A stretch of 64,000 bases of DNA. Origin: Minisyncoccota bacterium. GTDB lineage: Bacteria; Patescibacteriota; Minisyncoccia; Phycocordibacterales; UBA9973. Of the stretch, positions 1-9,406 are shown piece by piece. The stretch is taken from assembly GCA_041659205.1 (NCBI GenBank), contig JBAZYS010000003.1, forward strand, positions 3,266 to 67,265, read 5' to 3'. Every line of letters starts with the position of its first letter. The stretch's first letter is position 1. The notes below the pieces were generated by a model. That model was not told the DNA's origin and did not search any database. It was given only the letters and a program-made list of their open reading frames with translations. A program made the position numbers and the translations under genes.

Positions 1-1
1 A

Positions 2-868
2 ATACCTACAACGGATGCATTAGAATTCTTAGTAGCCTTCAACAACGAGGATAACTATACAGTCTGGGTTGAAATAGCTACAGGCCTTTCTAGACTAGGA
101 CAGCTTATAGCGAAAACTCCCACAAAAGAAAAATTAGATAAACTCGTGTTGGAATTATTCTCCCCTGTCGCTTTAAGACTTGGCTGGAATAAAAAACTTG
201 CCCACCATGGCGGGGATGACGAACTTCATGCAGACACACTTCTCCGATCTCTTGCAATTTCTCGTGCTGGTGTCTCTGGAGACAAGAAAATAATTTCTGA
301 AGCTAGAAAGAAATTTTCACAAATACAAAAAGGCCACCAAGTATCACCAGATATCCGTGGTGCTGTATATTCGATAGTAGCCACCCATGGTGGAATAAAA
401 GAATACAATATATTAATAAAACAATATAAGAACGAAACACTTCATGAAGAGAAAAATCGTATCGGTAATGCTTTAGGAGATTTTTCTAATTCAAAGATTC
501 TAAAAATGGCTTGTGAGTTTGCATTGTCTAAAAATGTACGCATTCAAGACACTGTGGGCATTCTTTCAGGTGTCGGAGCTAACCCACATGGCCGCGATAT
601 ATGGTGGAATTTTATTCAAAAGAATTGGAAGACTCTTGTATCACGATATGGTGAAGGAGGGCTCACATTGGGCAGAGCCGTAAAAGCAATTTCTGGCAGT
701 AGTGAGGAAAAACATTTAAAAAATTTCAAGAAATTCTTCGCCAACCATGAAGCTCCAGGTGCCAAGCGCGCAATTGAACAAATTATAGAACGCCTAGAGA
801 GTAATGTTGCATGGTTAAAAAGAGATAAGAAGATTATTGAGAAATTTCTAAAAAATAAATCTTTTTAA
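2..868 (+). CDS. M1-family aminopeptidase (aminopeptidase N-like), C-terminal ERAP1-like domain; 5' end lies outside the window
   Basis: Frame 2 is open from position 2 with no stop before 868; the translated C-terminal helical domain resembles aminopeptidase N C-termini; the M at 146 is internal. Confidence 0.55.
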   Translation: MPTTDALEFLVAFNNEDNYTVWVEIATGLSRLGQLIAKTPTKEKLDKLVLELFSPVALRLGWNKKLAHHGGDDELHADTLLRSLAISRAGVSGDKKIISEARKKFSQIQKGHQVSPDIRGAVYSIVATHGGIKEYNILIKQYKNETLHEEKNRIGNALGDFSNSKILKMACEFALSKNVRIQDTVGILSGVGANPHGRDIWWNFIQKNWKTLVSRYGEGGLTLGRAVKAISGSSEEKHLKNFKKFFANHEAPGAKRAIEQIIERLESNVAWLKRDKKIIEKFLKNKSF

Positions 869-1770
869 TTCATGTTCTCTCGTAACTGTGCAATTTTATA
901 AATACTAAATACGAGAACTAAAGCAGCTATCCATTGAGAAAATGATAACACTGTATGATTTACAACGAAATCCAATAAAATTGCTACAAAAGGAAATGTG
1001 AGCTCTAAGATAGTAGAAATATGCACAGGTGTTTTCGCAAGACCTTTGTAATAAATAAGAAGTGCAACCATTCCAGTAGAGATAGCAATAAGTAAAAGCA
1101 AACTAAATTGAGACGAAGTAGGGATAGCTAAAGAGCTACCATTTTTCCCAAAAAATAACATAAAAGGTAGAGCCATAATTATCGTAAATAGAAATCTGTA
1201 AAATGTACTAACTTTAAAATCAATATTCCCTAAAAGCATTTTCGAAAATGTAGTAGAAGATCCCCAAGCAAAAGCAGCGCCGAGAGCATAAAGAGCAGCT
1301 ATTACTGTCCCCTCTCCAGTTTGTAAATTAACAATACCATTTGGGAAAGTAACAAAATATGCTGAAATAAGTGCAAATAGTGCCCACTTAATGTACCTTT
1401 TATCTAATTTTTCTTTAAGAAAAATTCTAGCAGTTCCAATGGCAAATATTGGCTGAAGTTTCTGTAGAAGAAATACTACCGAAATAGAAATAAAATGAAC
1501 TTTGCCGAGAGCTGTCGTAAACCACAATGTCCCCAGAAGTCCGCTCAAGCCAGCAATCAATATAGCAAGCCACCATTCCCTTTTTGTAAGTTTTGTTTTC
1601 AAAATATATTGAAAAACAAAAGGAGACAAAATTATCAAACCAATCAAATGCTCAAAGAAAATTATGGTAATTGGTGGGAGTATATATAAACGTTGACGAA
1701 TAAGTCCGTCAAAAGCCCAAAGCAATGCCGCGATGATTATAAACATTGGACCAGTATAATTTTTTAGCAT
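865..1770 (-). CDS. EamA/DMT-family membrane transporter (about 10 TM)
   Basis: 301 aa, highly hydrophobic with two repeated 5-TM halves typical of the drug/metabolite transporter fold. Confidence 0.5.
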   Translation of the reverse strand: MLKNYTGPMFIIIAALLWAFDGLIRQRLYILPPITIIFFEHLIGLIILSPFVFQYILKTKLTKREWWLAILIAGLSGLLGTLWFTTALGKVHFISISVVFLLQKLQPIFAIGTARIFLKEKLDKRYIKWALFALISAYFVTFPNGIVNLQTGEGTVIAALYALGAAFAWGSSTTFSKMLLGNIDFKVSTFYRFLFTIIMALPFMLFFGKNGSSLAIPTSSQFSLLLLIAISTGMVALLIYYKGLAKTPVHISTILELTFPFVAILLDFVVNHTVLSFSQWIAALVLVFSIYKIAQLRENMN

Positions 1771-2093
1771 AAATCAATATCTTTTTTAATTTGTAAAATT
1801 AACTCTTCTTCTGTTTCAAAATTTTGATATTCTCTAATAAATTTATTAATTTCTAGAGTTACTATTTTTCCATACGCATCTCCACTACACCCTATCAAAT
1901 GCGCTTCGACTTTATCTCCTGGCCCGATTACAATCCCAGCTCGATATTTTTTTTCTTCTAAGATTGCAAGACCAGCATATACTCCATTCTTAGGAACTAC
2001 TTGATTTTTAACTTCTAAATTCGTCGTTGGAAAGCCAAGCTTTTTTCCATATCCATCCCCATGTACAACGATACCTTTAATTATATAATTCAT
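1764..2093 (-). CDS. Riboflavin kinase (stand-alone RibF C-terminal-type domain)
   Basis: 109 aa; motifs GYGKKLGFPTTNL...GIVIGPG...AHLIGCSGD typical of the riboflavin kinase domain. Confidence 0.6.
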   Translation of the reverse strand: MNYIIKGIVVHGDGYGKKLGFPTTNLEVKNQVVPKNGVYAGLAILEEKKYRAGIVIGPGDKVEAHLIGCSGDAYGKIVTLEINKFIREYQNFETEEELILQIKKDIDLC

Positions 2094-3434
2094 TTAGATA
2101 GAAAATCTTTCGTCAATTCTCTCCATGTCTCTTGGGAACATCGAGGCTTCACGAACGTTTTTAAGTCCTAAAAGCTGCATAGTAATACGCTCAGATCCAA
2201 AAGCAAAACCACCTTCAGGTGGAACACCGTATTTGAATGCTTCCAAAAACATTTTAATTTTATTTGGATCCATCTTCCACAATTTCACATGTTCCATCAG
2301 CTGATCGTATTTATTTATTCTGCGTCCACCAGAGAGCCATTCAAGTCCGCGACAGAGCAAGTCCACTCCTTCGTTGAATTCCGGATTTTCTGGGTTTGGA
2401 TAAACATAAAAAGGTTTTTTTAACGTAGGATAACCATAGACGAAAACAAAGTCAGAACCTGTTTCTTTTTTTATAATTTCACAGATTTCTCTTTCATCTT
2501 GTGCATTTAAGTCTTTTTCTCCCCTTACGTCACGATTAAAGTTCTCGAATATTTTCTGCTGTGCCTCAACTAATGAAAGCGTCGGTGTCTTTTCTATCAT
2601 CACTGGAAGCTCTGCTTTTAAGAGTTTTAAATGGTCAGCATTTTTCTCTTTTACTTTTTCTAAAATAAACCTCACAGTTCCTTCTGCCATATCTCGAACA
2701 TCTTCCCATCCATCGATAAATGCCATTTCAGCATCGAGAGATACAACTTCTGTCAGATGTCTCGTGGTGGCACTTGGTTCAGCGCGGAAAATTTTATTTA
2801 CAGAAAAAACTCTCTCGAATGCCGTCATCACGATTTGTTTATAAAGCTGAGGAGATTGAGTAAGATACGCTTTTTTATCAAAATAATCAATTTGGAAAAC
2901 TTCACTTCCACCTTCTGCTACTGCGGGTGTGATGGAGGGAGCTTGAAATTCAAAAAACAAATTTTGTTTCATAAACTCTCTAAAAGAATCTATAATCGTT
3001 TCTTGCACCTTGAAGACTGCCTGAACCTTTGGGTGACGTAAAACGAGCGCGCGATTATCTAGCTCTGTGACTAAATCTAGATTATATCCGTCCAGAGACA
3101 TATCGAAAGGAAGTGATGCAGCTTCTCCTAGAATTTCTATATTTAAAACTTCGAGTTCAATGTCGCCATTTAATACGCCTTGTTTAATATTTTTCTCTGG
3201 ACGTTTATTTACTATTCCTGTCATTTTAAGAACCCATTCGAGCCTTACTTCTTTTGCTTTTTCAATAGCTTCTGCATGACTAGGTAATACTACACATTGA
3301 ACCTTACCCGTCATGTCGCGCATATCAAAAAATACCATTTTACCTTGATCACGCCTGACGTCCACCCATCCAGCGATGATGATCTCCTTGCCAACATTGT
3401 CCTTTAAATCCTTAATATAAATACGATTCTTCAT
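2094..3434 (-). CDS. aspS: Aspartyl-tRNA synthetase, archaeal/eukaryal type (class II), probably non-discriminating
   Basis: 446 aa; N-terminal OB fold, class II motifs FRAEPS, QSPQLYKQ, C-terminal GFAFGSERITM; the SPQLYKQ signature fits AspRS rather than AsnRS (SGQLY). Confidence 0.75.
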   Translation of the reverse strand: MKNRIYIKDLKDNVGKEIIIAGWVDVRRDQGKMVFFDMRDMTGKVQCVVLPSHAEAIEKAKEVRLEWVLKMTGIVNKRPEKNIKQGVLNGDIELEVLNIEILGEAASLPFDMSLDGYNLDLVTELDNRALVLRHPKVQAVFKVQETIIDSFREFMKQNLFFEFQAPSITPAVAEGGSEVFQIDYFDKKAYLTQSPQLYKQIVMTAFERVFSVNKIFRAEPSATTRHLTEVVSLDAEMAFIDGWEDVRDMAEGTVRFILEKVKEKNADHLKLLKAELPVMIEKTPTLSLVEAQQKIFENFNRDVRGEKDLNAQDEREICEIIKKETGSDFVFVYGYPTLKKPFYVYPNPENPEFNEGVDLLCRGLEWLSGGRRINKYDQLMEHVKLWKMDPNKIKMFLEAFKYGVPPEGGFAFGSERITMQLLGLKNVREASMFPRDMERIDERFSI

Positions 3435-3551
3435 CCTATTAGAAAATTAAAATAATAAACTCATTTTTTTCATACACGTCCGGTGATTTTCTAACAGGAC
3501 AGGTATAAAAGAATATTAACACGAAATTAATTATAAAAAAAGACAAAAAAA

Positions 3552-3574
3552 AGCGGGCACCCAAGGTGCCCGCT
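3552..3574 (-). terminator. GC hairpin (agcgggcacc-caag-ggtgcccgct) flanked by A/T runs on both sides; terminator for the 3595-3789 gene
   Basis: Perfect 10 bp stem directly downstream of the minus-strand stop at 3595, with a T-run on the minus strand. Confidence 0.6.
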
Positions 3575-3594
3575 AACTTGATATTTCACACTCA

Positions 3595-3789
3595 CTACTT
3601 GACCAAGCGAACTGATTTCCTGCCCCTTGGAGGATTTAAGGGACACCTAATACGGGAAAGCTTGTTTGCCTCTTTTATGGCAAACATCCCGCACTTTGTA
3701 CACTCGAAGTGTATGTGGCCTTTTTCATCCTTAACACGGAGTACTTTTTCGTGTGACCCACACCTGAATACTCTCTTCCCCATACCCAT
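3595..3789 (-). CDS. Small zinc-ribbon protein, hypothetical
   Basis: 64 aa with CxxxH...HFEC..C pattern; GGGAG RBS 8 nt upstream of ATG; terminator immediately downstream. Confidence 0.45.
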   Translation of the reverse strand: MGMGKRVFRCGSHEKVLRVKDEKGHIHFECTKCGMFAIKEANKLSRIRCPLNPPRGRKSVRLVK

Positions 3790-3829
3790 GGTAAAACTCC
3801 CAAAAAAAATTAAAGAGAAGTTTTGAAGT

Positions 3830-4400
3830 AGGTTCTAACCTATGTTAATGCTCAGGTTTTTGCTCAGGAATCGCTGAGCGCGGAAATGGTCTTACCGCAA
3901 TTGTGGCAAGTTGCCCTTCTTCCGATGCGGTTTACCCATATTGAACAGCAATATGTTTTTGACACGGGAATTTTGTACCAGTGAGGATCACTCCTAACTG
4001 CCTCTAAATCTTCGTTGTTAAGAACTACCGTTCCTTGACTCATTCTTTAATCCTTATGTGTTTTTCCGGTGGCTGCCGGATCAGCTTTTATTAAATGGAA
4101 TTATTTGGCGGACAGTAGTGCCACAATCCGTCACAACTTCTTTTAATAAAGATAGGAGGGCCTTTGTCATAGAGTTCTTCATGACCAAAAGGTTCAATGA
4201 TCCACAAAGGAAGATCGAACATAGCCACTCCAGATGGTACTATCAGAACCTTACAAGTTTGCCAAGGCTGTAGACTCATCACCATTCTCCATTTTTTATT
4301 CCGGGGTCTGCCGGATCAGCTTTTCTTCATTTTTCAAGTTACTGATCAATCCATTAAGAATGTAGTATTATGTCATATATTCAAGAAAAAACAAGCCTTT
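3830..4400. other. Non-coding, GC-elevated region with imperfect ~30 bp direct repeats (4063-4092 and 4298-4327: ttccggKKSctgccggatcagctttt); candidate structured RNA or decayed gene
   Basis: No ORF longer than 71 aa on any frame, only mutually overlapping short ORFs; GC visibly higher than neighbouring genes; repeats about 237 bp apart. Confidence 0.3.
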
Positions 4401-4436
4401 AAAAAATAAAAAGTGGACGCTTTATAGGGCGTCCAC
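4401..4436 (-). terminator. Rho-independent terminator after the 4449-4895 gene
   Basis: Hairpin gtggacgc-tttataggg-cgtccac followed on the minus strand by a T-run (A-run 4401-4412 on plus). Confidence 0.65.
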
Positions 4437-4448
4437 CAAGATATTGCA

Positions 4449-4895
4449 TTACTTTTTATTAGTGGAAATTTCATTTCCACATAAAAGACATTTGAAAGTG
4501 TCACGATGTAAAGCACTTTGTTTCAAATAGAATTCCTGTGTGACAGGCCAAAGCCCCGCTGAACTGAAATATTTATCTTTAATGTAAGTTCTACTACAAC
4601 CACACGGTAAATCAAGAAAATGATGAGGAACAGTTACTGTCTTACCATTCCGGCCCACGGTTACCATACCACTAAGCCAGTCTCGAAACCGAGCAAACGG
4701 TATATTATCTTTCACTTTCTCTAAAAAATGCCAGTGAGAAGGATTGCCATGCAGATTCCCAAAACCAGTCCCTACATAAGTAGGCCATGATTTTTCTATC
4801 TCCGACTTAGCTTTTTTATATTGCGGACACCGATCTCTCAGGCAGGATCCTTGTCCATCGTCCTTTCCCTCACAACATTTCACGATGAATTCCAT
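4449..4895 (-). CDS. Cysteine-rich hypothetical protein
   Basis: 148 aa, about 11 Cys (CC, CxxxxC, CGC, CxxC motifs); own terminator; no family recognised. Confidence 0.45.
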   Translation of the reverse strand: MEFIVKCCEGKDDGQGSCLRDRCPQYKKAKSEIEKSWPTYVGTGFGNLHGNPSHWHFLEKVKDNIPFARFRDWLSGMVTVGRNGKTVTVPHHFLDLPCGCSRTYIKDKYFSSAGLWPVTQEFYLKQSALHRDTFKCLLCGNEISTNKK

Positions 4896-4963
4896 TTCTT
4901 CTCCCTAAAAAAGTATTGCAAAGAGCCACTTGTGTAGGCAGGCTCGTTCTCCTTTTCAATTGT

Positions 4964-4995
4964 CAAAAAACAAAAACCAGTCCCTAGAGGGCTGG
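4964..4995 (-). terminator. Rho-independent terminator of trpS
   Basis: Hairpin ccagtccctagagggctgg with a T-run on the minus strand, about 140 bp downstream of the trpS stop. Confidence 0.6.
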
Positions 4996-5136
4996 TTTTT
5001 GAGTTGTAGTTTTTTTAAGAGTTTTTACAGCGCAAATATCAGCCTTCTAATTTGAGGGCTGAAGAAATAACTATTTGACTGTATGGTATTTTTGTTCACA
5101 GATGCATTATATCATATGCTTTTAATGGTGCAAATT

Positions 5137-6087
5137 TTAGTAAATACTTACTCCAATCTTTACTCGGACTTCTTCCATTTTTGCAGAAGCAACTTTTTTT
5201 GCTTTTTCACCACCAGCTTTTAGGATTGCGAGTGCTTTTGGAATATCTTTTTCAAATTCTTTTCTTTTTTCGCGAAGTGGTGCAATAAATTTTTCTAAAT
5301 CTTCTATTAAAATTTCTTTTAGCTCTTTATACTTTCCTGCTTTCTCTTCATAAATTTTCTTTAATTCATTTTCAGGACGAACAAGTTTATGAATCGCATA
5401 TACATTTACTGGAAGCTCTCCACTTGAATCCGTCACTATGCTCATCACACATTTTTTAATTTCTTCATATTCTGCAAAGAGTGAGATAGTGTTACCATAA
5501 CTTTTAGACATCTTACGTCCGTCAAGTCCTGGAATATTTTCCATATCTTTCATGATAACTTCTTTTGGTAATTTGAAAGTTTCTCCAAATATTCTATTAA
5601 ACTTCTGTGCTGTATCTCTGGCGTATTCAACGTGCTGTTTTTGATCTTGACCAACTGGAATAATGTCTGGACCATAGAGTAAAATATCTGCTGCCATTAA
5701 CATAGGATAGTTAAAGGTTCCCACATTTACTTCTTTACCTTTTGCAATAGCATCTTTGTAGGCATGAGCACGTTCCAAATATGGCACAGTGGTGATAGTG
5801 TCAAAAATCCAAGCAAGTTCTGTGTGCTCCTGAACGTCAGACTGTTTAAATAATGTAACCTTTTCTGGGTCGAGGCCAATGGCCAAATAATCTAACAAAA
5901 TATCCGTTATATTTTGTTGCATTTCTTTTTTGTTTTGGATGAAATTTAAAGCATGATAATCAGCTATAAAAATGTAGCTTTCATACTCATTGGCCAAATC
6001 TACGAACTGTTTCATGGCGCCAAAATAATTGGCAATACTTACCTTGCCGGTTGGTTTTACGCCTGATAATAATATCTTTTTTGACAT
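5137..6087 (-). CDS. trpS: Tryptophanyl-tRNA synthetase
   Basis: 316 aa class I aaRS; HIGH-like region near the N-terminus and a KMSKS motif (RKMSKSYGN). Confidence 0.85.
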   Translation of the reverse strand: MSKKILLSGVKPTGKVSIANYFGAMKQFVDLANEYESYIFIADYHALNFIQNKKEMQQNITDILLDYLAIGLDPEKVTLFKQSDVQEHTELAWIFDTITTVPYLERAHAYKDAIAKGKEVNVGTFNYPMLMAADILLYGPDIIPVGQDQKQHVEYARDTAQKFNRIFGETFKLPKEVIMKDMENIPGLDGRKMSKSYGNTISLFAEYEEIKKCVMSIVTDSSGELPVNVYAIHKLVRPENELKKIYEEKAGKYKELKEILIEDLEKFIAPLREKRKEFEKDIPKALAILKAGGEKAKKVASAKMEEVRVKIGVSIY

Positions 6088-6168
6088 ATTTATATATTAT
6101 CATACTTCAATAAATTCAGCATAAATAATTGTCCACATTTTAGTAACATCTTTGCCCACTTTTCGACT

Positions 6169-6195
6169 TTGACAATTATTCTACTGTGCTAGAAT
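6169..6195 (+). promoter_or_regulatory. Sigma70-like promoter upstream of dnaB (TTGACA, 15 bp spacer, extended -10 TGcTAGAAT)
   Basis: TTGACA at 6169-6174; TGcTAGAAT at 6187-6195; 7 bp before the dnaB start codon region. Confidence 0.5.
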
Positions 6196-6201
6196 GGCTT
6201 C

Positions 6202-7608
6202 ATGGTAAAAGTAATAAATAGCATTAAGAAAAATAGTAACCTTCGCATTCCACCTCAAAGCATCCCTTCTGAGCAGGCAGTCTTGGGTTCAATCATGCTC
6301 CGTAAAGATGCAATTCACGAAGTTGAAGATATGATAAATTCAGACTCTTTTTATGTCGAAAAACATAAAAAGATTTTTCAAGCGATGCTTGACCTATCAT
6401 TGAAAAATGAACCAATAGACATGCTCTCACTCTCTACAAAACTTGGAGAAAAAAAACTCCTTGAAGTTGTCGGTGGCAATCAATATTTAGCAGAAATAGT
6501 AAACGTTGTTCCCTCTTCTACAAATATAAAACACTATGCGGACATAGTTCAGAAAAAATATGTCTTAAGGAGTTTGATTGATGCTGCAGACTACGTCTCT
6601 GAGCTCGCTTTCGAAGAAGGTGATGACCACATGGATGATATTTTAGACATGGCAGAAAAGAAAATTTTCAGTGTAGTATCTAGTCCCAAAAATCAAAAAT
6701 ACGTAAACTTAAAAGATGCCCTACCTGAAGCTTATGAACGTTTAGAAAAATTACATGAAACGAAAGGTATGCTTCGTGGACTTGCTACTGGATTTAAAGA
6801 ATTAGATACCATGCTCTCTGGTCTCCAGAAGTCGGACTTGATTATTTTGGCTGCTCGGCCAAGCATGGGTAAAACTACCCTTGCATTAGACATCGCCCGC
6901 ATGTCAGGAGTCCTACATGAAAAATCTATTCTAATATTTTCGCTAGAAATGTCATCTCAACAGCTTGTCGACAGAATGCTTTCTGCTGAATCCCGTGTGA
7001 ACGCTTGGAATCTACGTACTGGGCGCCTATCTTCTGATCATGAATTTTCACAAATACGAGATTCACTAGACAAGCTCGCAAAAGCTCAAATTTACATCGA
7101 TGATCAGCCTGGAAATTCAATTGTTAAAATGAAAGCTCTTTCCCGCAGACTTAAGGCTGAAAAAGGTCTCGATCTTATCGTCGTCGACTACTTGCAACTG
7201 ATGACTACTTCGAAAAATTATGATTCGATGGTAAACCAAGTTACAGAAATTTCTAGGTCTCTAAAATCACTTGCAAAAGAATTAGATGTTCCCGTATTGG
7301 CCTTATCTCAGCTTTCCCGTGCAGTGGAGTCTCGTGGTGGCAAGCCTCGCCTCTCAGACCTTCGAGACTCAGGCTCTATCGAACAAGATGCTGACGTTGT
7401 TATGTTTATTCACCGAGAAGACAGAGGTAAGGATGAATCTGAGAAAACAAACATTGCAGAAATCTTGATTGAAAAACACAGAAATGGACCAACTGGGAAA
7501 GTGGACCTATACTTCGATGAAAAAACTACAACATTCTTAAACCTTGAAAAAAGTAACCTAAGCGAATTTGCTCCGTCGAAAATAGGTGGAGAACTAGATG
7601 AATTCTAA
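6202..7608 (+). CDS. dnaB: Replicative DNA helicase DnaB
   Basis: 468 aa; N-terminal DnaB domain, Walker A GKT (ARPSMGKTTLALD), RecA-like C-terminal domain. Confidence 0.9.
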   Translation: MVKVINSIKKNSNLRIPPQSIPSEQAVLGSIMLRKDAIHEVEDMINSDSFYVEKHKKIFQAMLDLSLKNEPIDMLSLSTKLGEKKLLEVVGGNQYLAEIVNVVPSSTNIKHYADIVQKKYVLRSLIDAADYVSELAFEEGDDHMDDILDMAEKKIFSVVSSPKNQKYVNLKDALPEAYERLEKLHETKGMLRGLATGFKELDTMLSGLQKSDLIILAARPSMGKTTLALDIARMSGVLHEKSILIFSLEMSSQQLVDRMLSAESRVNAWNLRTGRLSSDHEFSQIRDSLDKLAKAQIYIDDQPGNSIVKMKALSRRLKAEKGLDLIVVDYLQLMTTSKNYDSMVNQVTEISRSLKSLAKELDVPVLALSQLSRAVESRGGKPRLSDLRDSGSIEQDADVVMFIHREDRGKDESEKTNIAEILIEKHRNGPTGKVDLYFDEKTTTFLNLEKSNLSEFAPSKIGGELDEF

Positions 7609-7613
7609 AAAAT

Positions 7614-8222
7614 ATGGACATCATAGAAAAATTAACTGAAGTTTTTAAAGAATTCCCCGGCATAGGTGAACGCCAAGCCAGACGTTTTGTTTATTTCTTG
7701 ATGTCTCGGAATCCTGCTTATAGTGAAAATTTATCTAAATTTATTTTAGAATTAAAAAAAGAAATAACTCAATGCAAAGAATGCTTTAGATTTTTTATTT
7801 TAAAAAAAGATGAAAAAATCTGTGACATTTGTTCTGGTGTAAACACAGATTCATCAACTCTCATGATTGTAGAAAAAGATTCTGATTTCGAAAGTATCAG
7901 AAAAAGTGGTATTTATCATGGAAAATATTTTATTTTGGGTGGACTTGTACCTATCGTCGAGAAGACTACCAAAAGTAGAGTTAGGATTGAAGAATTAAAA
8001 AAGAAAATTTCATCCAGTAACGACCTTAAAGAAATAATTTTAGCATTTTCTATAAGCCCCCAAGGTGACCATACGGACCAATACGTTCGAGAACAATTAA
8101 AAGATATTACAGAAAAAAATAACGTTAAAATTTCTTCTCTCGGTAAAGGTCTATCCACAGGAACCGAGCTAGAATACTCCGACAACGACACGCTTAAAAA
8201 CGCTCTAAAAAATAGACAATAA
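7614..8222 (+). CDS. recR: Recombination protein RecR
   Basis: 202 aa; helix-hairpin-helix N-terminus (FPGIGERQARRF), C4 zinc finger CxxC...CxxC, Toprim domain. Confidence 0.85.
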   Translation: MDIIEKLTEVFKEFPGIGERQARRFVYFLMSRNPAYSENLSKFILELKKEITQCKECFRFFILKKDEKICDICSGVNTDSSTLMIVEKDSDFESIRKSGIYHGKYFILGGLVPIVEKTTKSRVRIEELKKKISSSNDLKEIILAFSISPQGDHTDQYVREQLKDITEKNNVKISSLGKGLSTGTELEYSDNDTLKNALKNRQ

Positions 8223-8227
8223 AAAAA

Positions 8228-8247
8228 GGTTCGGACGAATCCGAACC
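8228..8247. terminator. Hairpin ggttcggacgaatccgaacc between recR and the minus-strand genes; the T-run is on the minus strand
   Basis: Perfect 8 bp stem; A-run 8221-8227 upstream gives a U-run for minus-strand transcripts. Confidence 0.5.
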
Positions 8248-8283
8248 TTAATAGATAGACAACATTTGGTGAACGAAAAGTGT

Positions 8284-8388
8284 TTAGCTTTTTTTATTTC
8301 TCCATTTTCGGACAAGATATACTAGCAATAGAAAACCCGTTCCTCCGAAAATGACAATCATGCCAGCAATGAGTATATTTCTCTCCAT
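8284..8388 (-). CDS. Possible 34 aa single-TM peptide (MERNILIAGMIVIFGGTGFLLLVYLVRKWRNKKS), not in the ORF track
   Basis: ATG preceded by GGAGGTAAATC (a strong RBS); hydrophobic core plus basic C-terminus; immediately downstream of the 8410-8847 gene on the same strand. Confidence 0.3.
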   Translation of the reverse strand: MERNILIAGMIVIFGGTGFLLLVYLVRKWRNKKS

Positions 8389-8409
8389 GATTTACCTCCT
8401 TGCAAAATC

Positions 8410-8847
8410 TTACTGAAGACCCTTTTCGATTGGTGTTCCATTTTGTGATGGATTGCGTCCTGTCATGAGGACGAAGGCCGCATGATTCCAGACAACATTA
8501 GTCGGGTAGTACTTGATGACTTCTTTCGCTTGAGCAGCAGCAGTCTTGATATCCATTTGCACAGGTCCAATACTGCGCCCAGGTATCACAAAATGGATTA
8601 AACCGTTGCCACAACAATGCTCCACCATCATGAAGTTCCCGTCCTGGAAACGGACGATGTCGCCTTGTTCGACGCTCTGGAGGGCACGCGTGATTTCTTT
8701 ATTTCCAACATCTTTTTGCGGTGGTACCATGTAGATCAAAAGCACCACAAGTAAAAGAGCAAATCCCAATACGATAGTAAGGAATGTCTTAGGATACTTA
8801 ACGACGCGTCCAGCAATATAATCCGAGTACATGTTGTTTCCTTTCAT
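8410..8847 (-). CDS. Hypothetical membrane-anchored protein
   Basis: 145 aa; one N-terminal TM (FLTIVLGFALLLVVLLIYMV) followed by a soluble domain with HCCGNG. Confidence 0.4.
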   Translation of the reverse strand: MKGNNMYSDYIAGRVVKYPKTFLTIVLGFALLLVVLLIYMVPPQKDVGNKEITRALQSVEQGDIVRFQDGNFMMVEHCCGNGLIHFVIPGRSIGPVQMDIKTAAAQAKEVIKYYPTNVVWNHAAFVLMTGRNPSQNGTPIEKGLQ

Positions 8848-8946
8848 TTAAGTTGTCGAGTAACGACCCCATATTACCCGATGGCAATACAAGCGTTCAG
8901 CCCATACAATACAAAGAAAATTTACTTCTGTCAAGAGTAAATATTA

Positions 8947-8974
8947 ATAAAAAAATCACCATTTACGTGGTGAT
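8947..8974 (-). terminator. Rho-independent terminator of rplU (works in both directions)
   Basis: Hairpin atcaccatttacgtggtgat with a T-run on plus and an A-run on plus (T-run on minus). Confidence 0.6.
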
Positions 8975-8978
8975 TTTT

Positions 8979-9305
8979 TTATTTTATAGAAGTAATTTTT
9001 ACCTTAAAGAATGGCTGACGATGACCGTTTCTCTTTAAATAACGAGACTTTTGTTTATATTTTATAACCATAACCTTTCGAGAACGGCCAATTTCCACGA
9101 TTTCAGCATCAACTTTTGCAGCTTTGATATAGGGTGTTCCGATAGTGGTATCTTTACCGTCATCTACAAGAAGAACCTTATCGAAGACAAGCTTGTCCCC
9201 TTTTTTGTATTCAACTCCGGTAGTCTTGATTTTCTCAATAGAAACAAGGCTCCCTTCAGAGACTTTGTATTGCTTACCGCCTGTTGTAATGACTGCGAAT
9301 TCCAT
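8979..9305 (-). CDS. rplU: 50S ribosomal protein L21
   Basis: MEFAVITTGGKQYKVSEG... is the canonical L21 N-terminus; the track ORF starts 12 codons earlier, and the start is placed at the M before EFAV. Confidence 0.85.
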   Translation of the reverse strand: MEFAVITTGGKQYKVSEGSLVSIEKIKTTGVEYKKGDKLVFDKVLLVDDGKDTTIGTPYIKAAKVDAEIVEIGRSRKVMVIKYKQKSRYLKRNGHRQPFFKVKITSIK

Positions 9306-9406
9306 AAGTTCCATAATATACGATATTTCACAAAAACGCAAGCCCCGTCACTTATAAACATAAGCTATTTTGAGACGGGACAAGCATCTGCTACAATATT
9401 AGGTAT

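Noticed and set aside
2757-3279. Plus-strand ORFs (94 aa, 70 aa) inside aspS, and similar antisense ORFs inside dnaK, dnaJ, clpB, infB, alaS, mnmA and the pilin genes
   Set aside because: They are antisense to well-supported conserved genes, and are low-complexity or lack start context.
3830-4448. tmRNA, RNase P RNA or SRP RNA in the long spacer
   Set aside because: None of the conserved motifs (GGAAAGUCCGG, ACAGAACCCGGCUUA, a tRNA-like T-arm GGUUCGAnUCC with matching acceptor, GGAAGCAGCCA) are present on either strand.
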